The notes under the pieces were generated by a model. It made no database searches and was not told the DNA's origin. It saw only the letters and a program-made list of their open reading frames with translations. A stretch of 64,000 bases of DNA from the human T2T-CHM13v2.0 reference genome, Homo sapiens. Below, piece after piece: positions 38,700 to 53,757 of this stretch (positions within the stretch are counted from its first letter, which is position 1; every line of letters starts with the position of its first letter). Both the position numbers and the translations under genes were made by a program. The DNA lies in NCBI RefSeq assembly GCF_009914755.1, contig NC_060939.1. One strand, 5' to 3'.

Positions 38700-41600
38700 T
38701 TTTATAAGATGGAATACGCCATTTTCATGCCCCATTCACTCAGTACTGTTCTCTATCTGTATCCTGGTAACACCTAAGTGTTTGTCCATTCAAGGATATC
38801 ATCCAACTTGGGCAGGCCAACCTGTGTAAACCACACTTTCCAGCTGCCTGGTTATCATTACTAATGTATCAAAATCTTTTCTGGGAGCTTCTGTGCATCT
38901 TTCCACCCAGTGAACCATGATTTTCTTATTCAAAGTCTCATCTGCCCGGAAATCAGGCTTCTCAGTTAATATGACTGTTCTCCTCTGCCTTGTACTAGCC
39001 CTGCAGGCTTCACATCAGCCCTGCTCACTGATGCCAAAGACAGTTATGGGACTTTTGATTCAGAAAGTTTCCTTAATATCTCTTTCATGCTCATCTTCTT
39101 TAACAAGCAAAAATTGGGGGAAACATCAAATGAGACCAGGAACTTAACTCATTCTGACCCGGAGATGTCAGATTATAAGTAAAATTTCTTGATCCAAATG
39201 TCAAATTGAGCAGAGCAAAACCAGGTTTCTGAGTTTCACCATTATGACACTCATCCCCCTGAACCTCCTAGCACAGTGCTAAGGACGGTATGATGAGTGA
39301 TTTCCTAAGAGGCTAAATATTATATTGGAATCAACATTGCTGCTCGTTTGCACAACAAACCGATGGCCAAAATATCCTTCTACTTTTCCTCTCTCAAGTT
39401 AAAACCATAACCTAGGTCTAGATGCTTCCATTTGTTTTCTTCTTTCTTATATTTAAAATTTGTCTCCTCTTCAAGCTATTAGGCTTTTTGACTAATGAGA
39501 AGACAGGCTGAAAATTCTCCTTGTAGCTCACCTAGACTGGAAGGTCCATGGCTTCTAACCACTTGCTTTATCATACGAACAGCTTTAAGAGTGTGGACTA
39601 TGGGAAACTAATGCCACCATCTTCAAGAAAACTAAAGTTTTGTATTGCCTATGATCCTTAATTATGTGCCATAGCAATTTTCGTCAAGGTTTGTAATGAC
39701 CTTCTTCTGGCTAAATCCAGTCATCTGGCCTTCAGTCTCTGTCTCCTCTCTTTGTGGCTCTTAATGCTGAAGACCATTCATTTGAATCTTTTGATGAAAC
39801 TTTCCCCAATAAATAATTGATTCCCCCATGTTTCTCTCTCCTGGTTCTCCCCGATTTCTTCGATTCTTTTCCTTCATCTAGGCCCTCAGTCCTTGAATAT
39901 CAGCTCTTATTTCTCCAAAATCTCACTATATGGGTATTTAGCCTGTCATGGGTTTCAATACTATCATTATAAGGATGACTTTCAATTCTAACTCACCAGC
40001 TCAGTCCTGTATCCCTTATTCTGCCTTTTTTAAAGGTTAGCATATACTAAATCTAACCCATCATTTTCTCCTGAAATACATTTTTCTGTTTTTTTTTAAG
40101 GCGTAAAGTATAGATGGATGTGGACTAATGTGGTAGTGGGCAAAACAAGGAGAAATTAATGTACTTGCAAGAACTTCTCAAGGAATAAATACGGGATTTA
40201 ATGGCTGGCAAGATGTAAGGGATGATTCAAAGATACACTGTCATTAGCCTAAGCAGGCTCCAGATCACTTCTGACTCCATCCTTTTTTCCTGCCTTATCC
40301 TCTTTCCCCAACTAGCCAAAGTGTTTTAACTGCTCTTATTTTTGTCCTCAAGGCCATCGTAGCTATAGACTAAATAAAGATTTGTTAAAAGAATGAATAA
40401 ATGAGACAAATGAATCCCATTTTTACTGTTTTCTAAGGAGATTGATGTGACCTCCCAGTGGCTACTAGCAGCTTTGAATCCTTATTGTCTCAGTTCTCTC
40501 CTGATAACTTTTGAAGGCCATTGTTGTTAACTGATTGGTAGTGAGAATCTAAAATCTGCATGACACTTTCATCCAATCTGCATCAGAACTCTCCTGGAAG
40601 CACAGTTATTCCAGGATGTGGTCAATTTTGCTGCCACTTCCAGCTATACTCTCTCTTCTACCAGGACATTTTGTGGCCCCTGTAGTAGGCAGACTAATGA
40701 TCCCTGAAAGATATTCATATCCTCATCCCATAGTCTGTGAATGTGCTAGGTTACATGGCAAAAGGACTTCATGGATGTAAGTTAAAGGTGTTGAGATGGG
40801 AGACTATCCCAGATTAACCAGCTGGGGCCAATGTAGTAAGCACAGGTGTCTTTATAAAGGAAAGTGGGAGGCAAGAAGGTCAGAGAAGGAGATGTGATGA
40901 TGGAAGCAGAATTTGGAGTGATCCATTGTCAGAAGGGGGCTACAAATCCCAAAATGAGGGCAGCCTCTAGAATCTGGAAAAGGCATGAAGCTGACTGTCC
41001 CCTAGAGCTTTCAGGAAAAAGATGCAGTCCTCTCAGCACATTGATGTTAGCCTCCTAAGTCCCAGTTTTGGACTTCTGACCTCTAGAACTGTAAGATAAT
41101 AAATTTGTGCTGTTTTAAGCCTGTAGGTTTATGGTGATTTGTTACAGCAGCTGTATGAATCTAAAAATCCCCTAAATCAACCATTTCTCACCCCTTATTG
41201 CCTAAAATTCACTTTCTGTTCATCAAGCTCCCCCTAGACTCTCACCCCTGGGCTGCTCTGTGCTCCCTCTGTTGCACTAAACTCCCACTGATCCACTTCT
41301 CTCCAAAACTTCCCACTGAGTGTTCTAGGCTTTCTCTTAAGTTGCACACAAACTCCCCTGTGTTCTCAAACTCTCCACCAAATGCTTCTCCTAACTGCTG
41401 GCTTTAGCTGTAATATGCTCTTTCCTGAGAACACCTTGAATATCCTTGAAAGTCCCTCAAGAAGATGCCTTTATTTTTCCTACATCCCAAGTATCTGACT
41501 TATAAAAATGTACTGCTTCCAAACATCACACTTCACCCCTTGTGGGTCCTTATAGACCACTCATGATATGTGGCCATATCACTCTTGATTTCTTGTCACT

Positions 41601-42400
41601 CTCATAGCCTTATGGCAACTCCCCTCTTATTTATTGAGGATTTTAAACTGGATCACTTAATTGGATCCCTGTACCAAGCTCTGCTGTCATTTTGGGAGAT
41701 TTGAGAATTCTTAAGAACGCTTTGTCCTAGTCATTGCATTTCTTGATCTCTTACACTGCAGTAGCCTTTGCCTCCTCTCCACTCCAACCATTAATTCCCA
41801 AGGGCACACTCAGGGCTATTTTAACACTTAGAATTTCTCTACCTCTGAAAAATCCTACATTCAAATATTCTAGAAATGATTGGATTAAAACATTAAAGAC
41901 AGAAATAACCAGATTGCATTGTCTAACTTCACCATATCTCATCTCAAAGGAAACACCTGTTCTTCCTCTCCTGATGCCCAGCTCAGTAAATGACAGTACC
42001 ATCCAAAAAATGTGCCCAAGGCAGAGATCTGGACACTGTCTTTAACCCTTACCTCTGCCTCTCAATTTATCATCCAAACAGTTGCTATGTCCTCTTGAGT
42101 TTACCTTCTAACTATCTGTAAAACCTGTCCATTTCTCTCCAGTCCCACCATTCCCAGATTAAATGATCTTTCCTCTGGATTACTGATGATCTCTAACTGT
42201 TCTGTCTCCAGTGAGTCCTGTCATACCCACCAAACCCAATTCTTGTCAGGTTTGGGTTGATGATTAGAAAGACATGGTGATCGTGTTGCTTCTCTGCTTA
42301 AAATCCTTCAAGAGTTTGTAACAAAGTTCATATTGACATATCCTTAATGACTGGCTGCTGCTTCCCCAGTAAGCTTCACCTGGCATACCTGCCATGTGCT
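38700..42400 (+). mobile_element. cluster of decayed L2 fragments (one inverted piece ~40090-40250), interrupted by MLT1D
   Basis: gtaatgaccttcttctggctaaatcca; gtcattttgggagat = VILGD (APE-like); aaatgacagtaccatcca; cttctctgcttaaaatccttcaa. Confidence 0.55.
40681..41167 (+). mobile_element. MLT1D solo LTR
   Basis: tgtagtaggcagactaatg..ttacatggcaaaaggactt..ggacttctgacctctagaactgtaagataataaatttgtgctgttttaagcc. Confidence 0.85.
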
Positions 42401-43714
42401 ATCCCCTTTCCCTCACCACGCAAAACACAGAGCAGCCAAGGGAGTAGGAGGTTCAAGAGCACCACCTTCCACTGGTTATTGAAGGCATTATGTATTCATC
42501 CTCAAGTGGAAGCTGAAGCTGAATAGATGTGCATGATACTCTGAATGATTTTGAGATGTGGTCACCCATGCAAATCACATACTCACTGAACCAAATTCAG
42601 GACATTGCAGCAATCCCGAAAAATCCATTTGACCTCCCAAGTTACAGTTTAGTTGCAAATCGTTCTGTCCTGAAGACATAACCATGCTCTGCAATTTCTC
42701 AGATGCTGACCCTTAAGAAGTGCAATTCACAAGGAGGCTGATTCTATAACAGCAAAGAGCAGCACTGCTATTCTAAGGATGGGTATTTTCAGTGTGGCAT
42801 GGGGAATTTCCTGAACAAACACCCACATCTTCCTTGATATTCCAGCATGCACTAATCCACTGTGTTTGCCAGAATAATTGCAAAGGGACTCAGTCACGTT
42901 CCAGGTTCAGCCTAGGCACACTCAGTATCCAACACAGGCTGGAGATGAAATAAGGAAACTCTTTTGGGCATAGCTGTAAGGTCAACAAATTGGAAAAAGC
43001 CACAATTCACCCTTGGGAAGGATTAAATATGCCGACATCCTCCAAATTGATTTACCTAGATCAGACCACATGTTAATGAGGCAGACAAGTTACTCTAATT
43101 CATCGTTACTATTCTAAATGCAGGGACCTTTTCACATTGAAGAGGCGGGGCAATGGATTCAAATGAGCATCACTCACTTACGGCTTGTCACTCACCCTTG
43201 CTAGGCCAAAGCCATTTATAATTGCTGTCATCTAAACTGCACTGAAACGAACTGGACATTCAAAGAGCGCAGCTCCCAAGAAACAAAGTGAGTTTTCTTC
43301 CCCTATTACCTGCACTGCTTCATAAACGCTCTTAGCTGGCAAAATGTGAGCATTTAGATTTCTTCTGGGCACAGACATTTTTCTAAGTGCTTTAAAAATT
43401 TCTATTATTTGAATGGTCTCCTTGAAAATGCCTCACTTTTCAAGACTGATTCTTCAGTGACACTGAAACACTATTTGTACCACAGGTACAAGAGCTACAT
43501 TTCAACTTCATCCAAATTGTGAGTAGGAAAAGCAAGATATTTTTTGATGACGTTACACCTACCAATAAACTTTATTCATGTCAGAAGGTAAAGTTCATGC
43601 CTATATGAAAGTGAAATGTATTGGTGTGTTTATGTGATAACTCATCCACACAAAGTGATGTGGCATAATCATCTAACAAGCTACTTCTGTAGGTAAAGGA
43701 AAACGTAAGTTAAT

Positions 43715-44027
43715 GACCAAACAGTAAATACTTTAGGCTTTGTGGCCCATATGGTCTGTTGCAGCTACTCAACTCTGCCATTATTGTATCAAAGCAGCCA
43801 TAGGCAATACGTAAATTAACGTGTGCAACTGTATTCCAATCAATTTTTGCTATGGACTGCACTGCAATTTGATTTTCATATAATTTTTACCTGTCACAAA
43901 ACAATGTTATTCTTTTGATTTTTTTTCTGTGGTTTAAAAATGTTAAAAACATTTTTCACTGGCAGGGTCATACTGAAACAGGTGGCAGCTGGATTTGGCC
44001 CATTGCCCACAGTTTACTGACTCCTGC
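43715..44027 (+). mobile_element. MER58B-like hAT MITE
   Basis: agtaaatactttaggctttgtgg..gcagctactcaactctgccatt..aaagcagccatag..ggatttggccc..cagtttactgactcctg. Confidence 0.8.
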
Positions 44028-46469
44028 TTTAACCTGTACTTGTGAAAATAAGACATATAACCTCTTTGCTTACATTTCATTTTTGAGTACTTTATCAACA
44101 TGAACTCATGAAGATCAGTGGAAGCATGAAAACACAAAAAACAGCTGCTGCAGTGTGTAAATACTAGTAATTTCAGATTTTACTTTGGTAGAGTTAGAAG
44201 GAGAATATTCAAGAAGAAAAAAAAAGCAAGCAGCATCCAGACTATTTTCCTTAGATTGCTGTGTTTTTTCTTGTAATTTCAGTACTCTTTGAGTTAAATT
44301 TTTCCCAGGAGAATGTACTTCCATATTCCTAATGGATTGTAACTTTTCCTTTCTAACAAATGAATATTCATTATTCATATTCATAAATAATCCCAACAAA
44401 ATTACTTTTTCTGATTACAAAAGTTGCATTTGTTTATTTTAGACTACCTGAAAAATGTATAAGATCGCAGATTACTTTTAGCTCAGGGAAAATTACTATT
44501 TAAAAAGCAAGAGATCGTTTTATCTTCTCTCACGCATCTGTAGTTGCAACTGCAGTCATGATGTAAAAATATTTCCATTGGTGAATCAAATGTTAATAAA
44601 ACACTCGGCTATTTGGCTAGAAAACTTGGTTTAACCTTGCATGTGGATTCAGGGTGAAGCAAAGGTCTCTAATTCTAAATATTTGTTGGTAAATGTTGCT
44701 CCATCAGCTACTTGGAAATCAGTTTCCATCAGATTGGGTAAAGCCTGCTAACTAAACAGAGCAGCAATTAGGCCTCAGAAAACAGCCTCTGTTTTTATTC
44801 TTCTTGTACTTATACAAAGTCAATGTGTCCCTGGCCTCAATCCTCCTAACCTCCTTCTTTGGTATGAAATGTCTTTGGCTTGCAAAGCAACATCTGTGAG
44901 GTTATCAATGCATTTTGTGGCAGGCTCCCTGTGAACTGAAGGCCTGCACAGGTGTTCATTCTTTGAGAAGGCTCAATCCATGTGACTGTGGCTTTTTTTT
45001 AGCACTCTTGCTTGTAGGCAGGTAAGCTCAAAGCATCACCCTGTAGCTTCCGTTTAATGGGAATATGAACACTTAGAGTGAAGCTGTGGACTTACATAGC
45101 TTTCTTAAAGCAAATTCAGCTCTTTAAAGAAAAATAACAACTATTCTTTGCCTTCAAACCTCTCTCCTCTGCCCCCAACCCACACCCCCAAATCAGACAG
45201 GCCAGATGTTTGTGAAAACTGCCGTTTCCACAATCAAAAGTACAGCATTTACCATAGTTTTTATCAAAGATTTCAATTCCCCTCATCTTAAGGAAAATGA
45301 CCCTTTTATTTTGTTGTGGACATAAAATTATGGCCCTGGGAAAATTGGAAGCATTTCTGTTGAGGGAAATCAATTTTCTCACTGCCATATATGATCAACA
45401 TGTCACAGCCATCACCCAGATAATAATAGTAAAGTACAAGTAAAATGGCTGGTAATACTGGCTTTAAAGGCAGAAAAAGATAGAAGCAAGATAACACCCC
45501 CCATCCCCCCACCCCCCCTTTAAAGCATGTTTGCAAAAAGAAGAAAAGGAAAGAAAAATCTCTAAGGGTTATTTTTGTTCTTTAATTTTCTTCCTTCCAC
45601 CTCACTTTCTTCCCTTTGCTAGTGCTTTCTAGAGTGTAAGTATTTTATTTTCTTGTGTGGACTAATCGGCCAAAGCATTAATGAAACTGTAGAGATATGT
45701 GTTCTTCCTGGAAAAGAGTAAGCACTTTATGTGTAAACCACTCTGGCTCCTTTTCAATCACCCTGTTAATGGGTGGCTAATTGTCAAAAGATGTGACCAG
45801 ACTGAGATGACCCAAGAGTGTGTTTAGGTGGGAGGCAACAGGGAAAGTACAGAAGCAGCTTCTTAATTTGGATCCTGCAAACAAAAGGAAACATCAGATC
45901 TGACCTCGCTGCTGGAGTGTTAATGGCTTTCTCCCCGTCTCCCCCCTGCCACTTAGCATCTTTTGTGCCCCACCCTGGGAAGCTTCCCGGCAGAAGTGTG
46001 CATTAGCAGAACTCTACAGTTACAAAATGCTGCTTACTACAGACAAGGGAAAAAAACCTTCAGAGTGATTAAATGTTTTTTGGACAAACACATCCATAGC
46101 CATAAAAGTGCCATTTTTATTTCAGGCAGGCCTTTCAGTGATGTCCCTGCTGGGGCCACCAGCACAAAGGAGTGTTGTACCTATAATGTCATCGGAGCCC
46201 TTGAAGGAAGATCTAAGCACTGTCTTTGTCTTTATAGGAAATTTGGCCCCCACATGTAAATGTGCGAAACCGAAACTGCCTTTCATTTAGGCCAAGGTCA
46301 TTACTGAGGAAACAGCAGACAGAATTTTGGCAAAATATCAAATATTTTCAATAATTCAACCATTTGAAAAAGAATACTGCTTGTTTCGGAATATAAATGA
46401 GAGTGAGTAGTAGAAATAAGAAATCCAAGCTAGGGACCAAAGAAAACTAAGCTAAGGACTCTCACAGAT

Positions 46470-46830
46470 ATGATAAATGGGCATGCACAAAGATGTTCAT
46501 AGAAGTATTATTAAGAATTGGAAATAACCTACTATCTAGCAATAATGAATTTAAAAAGATAAACTGTGGCATATACATATTATGAAGCTATTAAAGACAA
46601 TAGTTTTAGAAAAGAGAAATAAAACTAAAGATACAGAAAAAACCTTTGCAGATTTAAGTAAAATAATAATAATAAAGTTATAGCTATGGAAAAATGCATC
46701 CTCAGGAAAATACACTAAAAAGAAATACACCAGAATGTTATGGTTGTGATAGGACAGCAGTATTATGGGCGAAATATGTTTTCTCTTTTATTCCGATTGG
46801 TAGAGAATTGGATATTGTATTGATTTAGAA
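46470..46830 (+). mobile_element. old L1M 3' fragment
   Basis: caaagatgttcat..ttggaaataacct..gataaactgtggcatatacat. Confidence 0.55.
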
Positions 46831-49764
46831 ACAAACAAACAAAAAGTAGGCAGAAATAAGCCCTAAGAAGCCCTTTTTGATGCATGAGAACATCATTCAA
46901 AAAGAAGCTGTACAATTTCTCCCTAGATTTTTATTAGAACTTAACATCACAGTTCTCCAATATTTAGGTGGTAAATTGGGAATAAAAAGGCCCGGTGGGC
47001 TCTTTCTAGCCCAAAGGAGGTACTCTGCTCCCAGCAGCAATGTCCCAGCGCCTTTTCCCACTCACCTTCAAAACATCGTGTGCCTGTTTGCTGCAATTTC
47101 CACAGAGAACATGACATAAAATTTGGAGACTCTAGACAATGCCTGATGCTCAATGACATCAAAAACATCTGGACTCAAAGAGAAAAAATAGTTGATTTTT
47201 CTGCCTTTATTTTATAACTTTTCTTTCCTCCCAAAAACCTACTTTCTCTTGTACACTGGATATATGCATAGTTCATCTGCAGGTTTACTCCTAGTTAGTT
47301 TTCTCTTTTTTTGAAGACCAAGAGTTGTCCAAGGTATCCATATCCCAGCTCATAGTCCCAAACTGAAAGGTTATATCAGGTCAGGATGTAAGTCGCACAT
47401 CAGGAAAATGTCACATCTGAATTGAGGAGACCTGGGTGGCTGTTGGCTCACTTAGCACTGTGGCTGGAGAGGCTCTCAGCCCTCTAGACAGCATCATGGA
47501 CCATGTGTTAGAAATGATCAAACTCAGTGGCTTATTGGAGTGGAATGGTAGGAAGAGAGGTGTTCAAAGAACACTTCCTATCAGTTAGTAAAAGCACATC
47601 AATAAAAATAAATCAATGCCCACTTGTTTTCTAGGAATCTGCTTCATATTCAGCAAAGACTCCCATTATGCTGCATTTCTGATAGACTAGCATAGAAAAG
47701 ATGTGGTTTCAGCTAGAATAAAGTATCTTGAATAAAAGCATTACTCTGTCATTGGAATCTTCCACTGTGGACCAAAATGTGAAGCAAAGATAAACTCAGA
47801 TATAAAATTTAAAAATAAGTAACGAGTAAGAGATAACACATAATAGACATTTGTAAAAAAAAAAAAAAAAAAATGAGCGATACAGAGGAATGGAAAAAAT
47901 TCTGGAATAAAAGAAATAATTAGAAGCAAAACTTTGACTTAGAATGTGGCTTTTGAAAGAAGGGGAAGACATTCCTTAATAAATGCCATAAATAAAAATG
48001 TTCTGTGGTTTATTAAGAAGTGGATTGTGAACAAATTGCATTGGGTTGGAGAACTTGAGTTTGATTCTTCACTTATTTATTGAACTGTGTTGCTTTGAGT
48101 AAGTTTTCCCCTCCTAGAGCCTTGACTTTAACAATAGTAAAATCAAATAATTGAACCAGATCAGACACACAACCCACCTCTCATTTCTGCCAATGTCTTG
48201 CAACAGACATTGCTAATCAATGGTGGCCCTTACCTGTGAAGCCTGGCTGAAGGCTCAGAATCCTTCATTTGACAGTGTTCCTGGCAGCCATTATTAAATG
48301 ATAAGTTTAGATGTAATGGATAAAACTTTTCCATTACAGTCCAAAATGAATTCCTAGGTTTCTGACCCACCATGACCCTAGAAGCTCTTTTCCAACCCTC
48401 AGTAGAACAGAATTAATATGTTTTCCATTAGCTTTGTGAACACCCAGCTCCAATGACACTCCATAGGCTCCAGATCAACTTTCCTCCAAATGTACACCCA
48501 AGAAGTTCTGTGTTTCAAGAGTTACTGTGCTGAAAGTACCAGCTTATCCAAATGCTGCTTCCTTTTTTAGTAGCCAATTTGTAGAAATGGCAGATAGCAA
48601 ATGTTTCTTTGGCTGGCGTGAGACACCTGGCAATCTCCACCACAACCATCTATAAATCACAGTAAGAGGGCACGCATTATCAATTCTTTATTAATTTCAT
48701 TAATTCATAATTTAGAGTTTTAGTAGTTGTCATACAATTATATATGTAATTTTATTTTCTTCCCAAATCCATAATAAAATAGAACAATACTGACCTCTTC
48801 TATAGATCCAACTGGCCTATGTTCCAGAATCCAATTGAACTGCTGCATTCTGTGATCAAACTATGAAAACACATGCCACATCCCTCCTCCGAAACCTGCA
48901 GTAGCTCCACTGTCCCATTGGCCCCAGACTCATTGCCTTGTGCTTTACAACCCATTATTAGTTGGATTTGTCACGTGCTCTCATGTCTCATTATTTATAT
49001 TCACATTGTTACTCCATTGGAGAGACCCGTTTGCTGTCTTTTCATCCCAGGTCCAGGACGAGGTTAAGGCAAGTGAGAAGACAAGGGTGCAAGTCAAAAG
49101 AGGCATACTCTAGAACCCTTTGTTACGTGTCTCCTTAAATGCTGTACCCTATGTGGCTCACTTGCCCTATACTGGCTTTGGCCATTCCTTGTACCATAAA
49201 CTAAATGCAACAAAAACTTATTTGTATGTATGATCTGATTGTATCCTCTTAGCCCTCATAAAAAAAAAAGTTATTATTTTTCCCATTTTTACGGAATGAG
49301 AAAATCTAAAAATCTTGAGAAAAATTAAAAAGTTAGGGAGCATCAGAGTTAGAACTGAATATCAGCTCTTCTGAACCTGAGCAGAATTTCCAATCCATGA
49401 GTCTATAACTCTATTTTATGGGCTCTGTGGCAAGGCATGCCTTTTTCTTCCTCTGAAATCCAAATTTTAACTAAACTTTTCAGTTCTAATTATTTGATTT
49501 ATTCCAAGTTTTCCCCATATCCATGTATTACTCCTCATTTGTTTTGTAAATGTTTATTATGTGTTATTATCTCTTACTTTTTCTTTTTTTGGGGGGGAGA
49601 TTCTGTTTCCTTAACAGATGGGATACACCTTGAGGTGAGATATACAATAAAAGAAATTTTATGTTGTTGTAAAGCCTGAACTTGTCAGTGAACTTTATGA
49701 AGGTTTGGGAGGTTTGCATTGTAACCAACTTTTATAGATAAGGAAATTTAATGACAAGGAATAA

Positions 49765-51060
49765 TGACAGCTGCATTTACTAGGGACCTCAGTGTTGTAT
49801 GAACTATGCTAAGCAGTTAGCATGCAACATCTCCATGAATTTCATAACAACCCAGTGAGGAAGTCATTATTATTCACACATTAAATATGAGAAAACTGAA
49901 GCTTTAGGAAATACAGAAAATTGCATAAGGTAATTGCAGCACTTGTAAATGTCAGGGCCAGAAATCAAACTCAGGTCTGACTCCAAAACACATGCCTTTG
50001 AGTGATTAGTCCAGAGGTGCAGAACTGGTGAAGGGTCAAGTTGGAACCTGGGCCTGATAATCCTGATTTCAATCTAGTTCCCTTTTTATTGTCCTAGTAT
50101 ATTCCCACTTTCACAAAATAGCCATTTAATAAGTGGTTTTAAGTGAGGTGAAATTATACTAAGAATAATTTTAGTCCATGTTTGCTTTAGCCATTTAGAT
50201 GTCTCCTTACTTGGAATTAGAGCCTAAACAGAAATATTACCAACGTCCAAACCTGCTGCTTGGTAATAGAGTAGATATGGTATCTTTAAAGAGTGCAAAT
50301 ATGAAGAAGGCTTAGTAGAATGTGGTATTCGTGTGTGTGCCTTGCATATTGGGAAGCATAACAAGGCTTGTGATAATTAAGTCCTGGTTGATCCCCAGGG
50401 GTCAAAGGGCAGTGGGTTTTAGGAGCAGTATAGCACAGGGATGGCAAATAAGCAGCATGGCTAATTTATCCCAGGCTTCTTTCCCATGGGGCTCTGCAGT
50501 GGCTTCTGATCCATTTCAGCACAGAACTCCAGGCAGCCACTGCCCACTGCCCAGGGCTGACTCTAGAGAAGAAAGCTATTCAGCATCCTCAGTAGAGTGA
50601 GAAGTGCATAGGTTATAGGTTTAGTTCCCAACCCTGGTGCTTCCACTTATTAGCTAAGCAGCCCTAGGCAAGTTACTTAACCTTACAGATCTTCAGTTCA
50701 GTTGCATTATCATCATCCAGAAAATAATAATGTAGAAGATGCCAGTATCCCCCACCTTTTTTTTTTTTACTGAGTCCTGAATTTAATCAGAATAATCCTG
50801 ACATTTCACAGATTTTTTTTCTTTTAAAATATGTGATGCCATCAGTTCATGGGATTTGGAGTCAGCCATACAGACCAAGATTTGAGCTGCAATTCTGTCA
50901 CTTAACTTTGTAACCAAGAATAAATTGCTTAACTGCTTTGTTCAGTCTCCTTATCTATGAAAAGAGAATAACATCACCTCTACCACAGTTATTGTAAGAT
51001 TAAAAAAAAAAAAGCACATGACAAAGTACATAAGCTGTCATTTACTTGATAAATATTGTA
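49765..51060. mobile_element. three MIR copies (49765-50000 minus; 50600-50720 and 50850-51060 plus)
   Basis: MIR cores: ataacaacccagtgaggaag..gagaaaactgaagc; ccctaggcaagttacttaacc; cagtctccttatctatgaaaagagaataa. Confidence 0.7.
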
Positions 51061-51754
51061 ATCATTCCTGCAAGGCAGGTCTCTAAGAGGCACCTATGTC
51101 CATTCCGTTGGAAGGAGACATTTGGCCATGACACTGCACTTTGAGCTTGTCCTGTTTAGCACAGCCATTGTGCTAGCCACTGTTTACTTAACTGATGAAG
51201 TTACCTGGTTTTTGTCCTTGGCTACTTGCTAGCCCTTGTGCAATAGCTCCTGATTGGAGGCTGGATCCCTGCAGATCACGTAACCTGGTCACAGCAGAAG
51301 TGGTTTGTTCTCTCTGTCTCCCTTTTGTGCCCAGTGTTACAAACTGTCAAGTAGAAAGAAACTGAAGGGACTCAGGGGTCAGAGTTGGGGACTATCAGGA
51401 CTCTTGTACTACCTGATCTTTTTCATCTTATTCAATAATTATTGATTACCTACCATAGGCCAGCTTCCTAGGGCACAAACATGACATGACCCCTGCCTCA
51501 GGGAGCTCAGAGCCTGGTGCTGCCATGAGAACAAGTTTTCACTTGTAAGAATAATTACTCAAAAACTAAGTTGGACATGCTAGAGATTTCTTGAAGAAAT
51601 ATATGTAGGTGTGTACGTACCAAGTTCAAGGAAAATACAAATGTATTTCCTCAAAAGATGCCTTTGAACTTGAAAGAAAGAGAATGCATCTTTTTAAAAA
51701 GTAGAAGTAAGACTAAACAAGGACATATGTAGACTTTTGATATGTGTGTGTGTG

Positions 51755-52040
51755 CATAACTTTTATTAAATGTATATGAAAATTGAAAGTGAACACTTTT
51801 ATCAAATATATATGTATATATAAATAAATAAAATAACTAGAGTTTAAGAAACTTTCACAAACCAGACACACTCATGTAACCAGTACATGGATTAAGAAAC
51901 AAAACATTATGTGTACCTTCCAAATCCCTCCATCACACCTCTTGTAGTCACTGCCTGTTAGGGTAACCAACATCTTGTATTGTATTAGCATAAAATAAAT
52001 TTATATTTTGTATAAATAGCATCATATAGTATGCAGATTT
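51755..52040 (-). mobile_element. old L1ME-like fragment
   Basis: ttttcacaaacc..catgtaacca..gattaagaaacaaaacatt..ttgtataaatagcatcatatagtatg. Confidence 0.6.
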
Positions 52041-53722
52041 AAAACTATTTTCCTATCAAATTTCAGAGTATTTTTTGATGCTTTGTTCATTAAACTAAAC
52101 TAGTGAAGGTTGCTCCACTGTGTAGCATATGCTCGAAGTGAAGGATTCTCAAGCTTGCGTAAAAATCGCTGACTCTTTCTGCACGGGACGATGCCTTTGT
52201 ACCTGGATGTCCTGATCTTGGAGGTTACACTTCAGAATGTGAACTCATTCATTAGAAAATGCTTTATTTGATTGAAGGCCAGGTACTTGCTTCCCAGCAA
52301 CACAGCTTAAGTAAATGCCCAACTCAGACAGTCAACATTACTGTCTCAAAAATCTTTCATTCTGACATATTATCACACATTTGTCATTAGGGAACTGCAT
52401 ACTCACATATGTCCATAAATATTTGGTCTTGGTAGACCCAGGTTGACCTGCTTGAGAAACAGCAGGAAAAAAATATCTTATCTCTGTCCTTGGACAACGT
52501 ACAATTAAATGAAGGGAAAGTTTGAATGTGGCCTCTGAGGGACTTTGTTTCCCTGAAAACAAAATCATTTTGCTCTAGTCAATCAATAACTTTACATGGT
52601 AAATGTGAGTCTTAGGCTCGGAAAGAGGTTATCGGCCATAACATTTCTTAACACTTTCATAATGTTATCAGGAATTAAAAAGTAACATTTATCAAATATT
52701 TACAAGTTGCGTGGGACAGAGCACTGTGTAAACGTATGAATCTGATAATAGCCAAGCTGCGTTTTAAAACAGATGCAGAAACATCTCAAAAATGTTTGCT
52801 TTTCAGTGATGCATTCTCCATCATGTAAAAATTTAACTATTGAGATGCTCTGGTGACACGTGGAATGGGTCACACAAGGAGGAATGTATCTCATGTGAAA
52901 GGTCAATATCAACACAGATGAAAGAGATTGCATTAGGCAGGTTATGCCACTCAAGGAAGGACACACATTTTCTAAATGAACGTTGAAAAAAAAAACCTAT
53001 TATATAATGGAAAATGTGAGACAAATATTATTTACTTCAGTTGATTACATATGAAAAGTGTGTACTAAGGCACACACAAAAGCAATAGTCCCTTTGTCTT
53101 GCTGTCAACTCCTTTCTCCTTTTGTTGTCAGTGGTGGCACTTCTCCAGGTTCTAAAGGGGCAGAAATTCATTTATCTTTCTTCCTCCACAGTCCCCTGGG
53201 CACTTTGCCTCTGTATAGGGCTTATCCAGTCAAGAGCCCCCATAGCTACCTTCATCATAGTAGATCCTGTATTCTATTAATTAGAGATGGTCAAGAAAAA
53301 GAAAGATGAGGAGGAAGAGGGGGAGGGGGAAACATAAAGTGATAGGTGACAATCTTAAAGAAGAAAAAAGAAGAGTATTAGCTGAAAAAGGGAGTTACTC
53401 AGCCCTAACAATCTCCACATTTTCCCTTTATCTGATGAATTTAATGGTCCTAACCCTGCAATTTCCACATTTTCCCTTTATCTGGTGAATTAATTAAATG
53501 GTCCAAGAGATGGCTGCTGAGTCCTAACCTGGCCTCTGCATGCTGCTATCTTCTCTGTCCCTCCCTTCTGGGCCACATGTGAGGGCCAGGTCTTAGTCAA
53601 AATTGGAAAGTGTCTAGTGTGGTCTGAGAGGCTTAGAACAATGGAATGGCACTTTCCAATAAAAAAAAATGTTTTAAAGTAGATTCTGTTGGTAGGGCAT
53701 TTTTTATTTGTTTCAACAGTTG

Positions 53723-53757
<35 letters not shown>

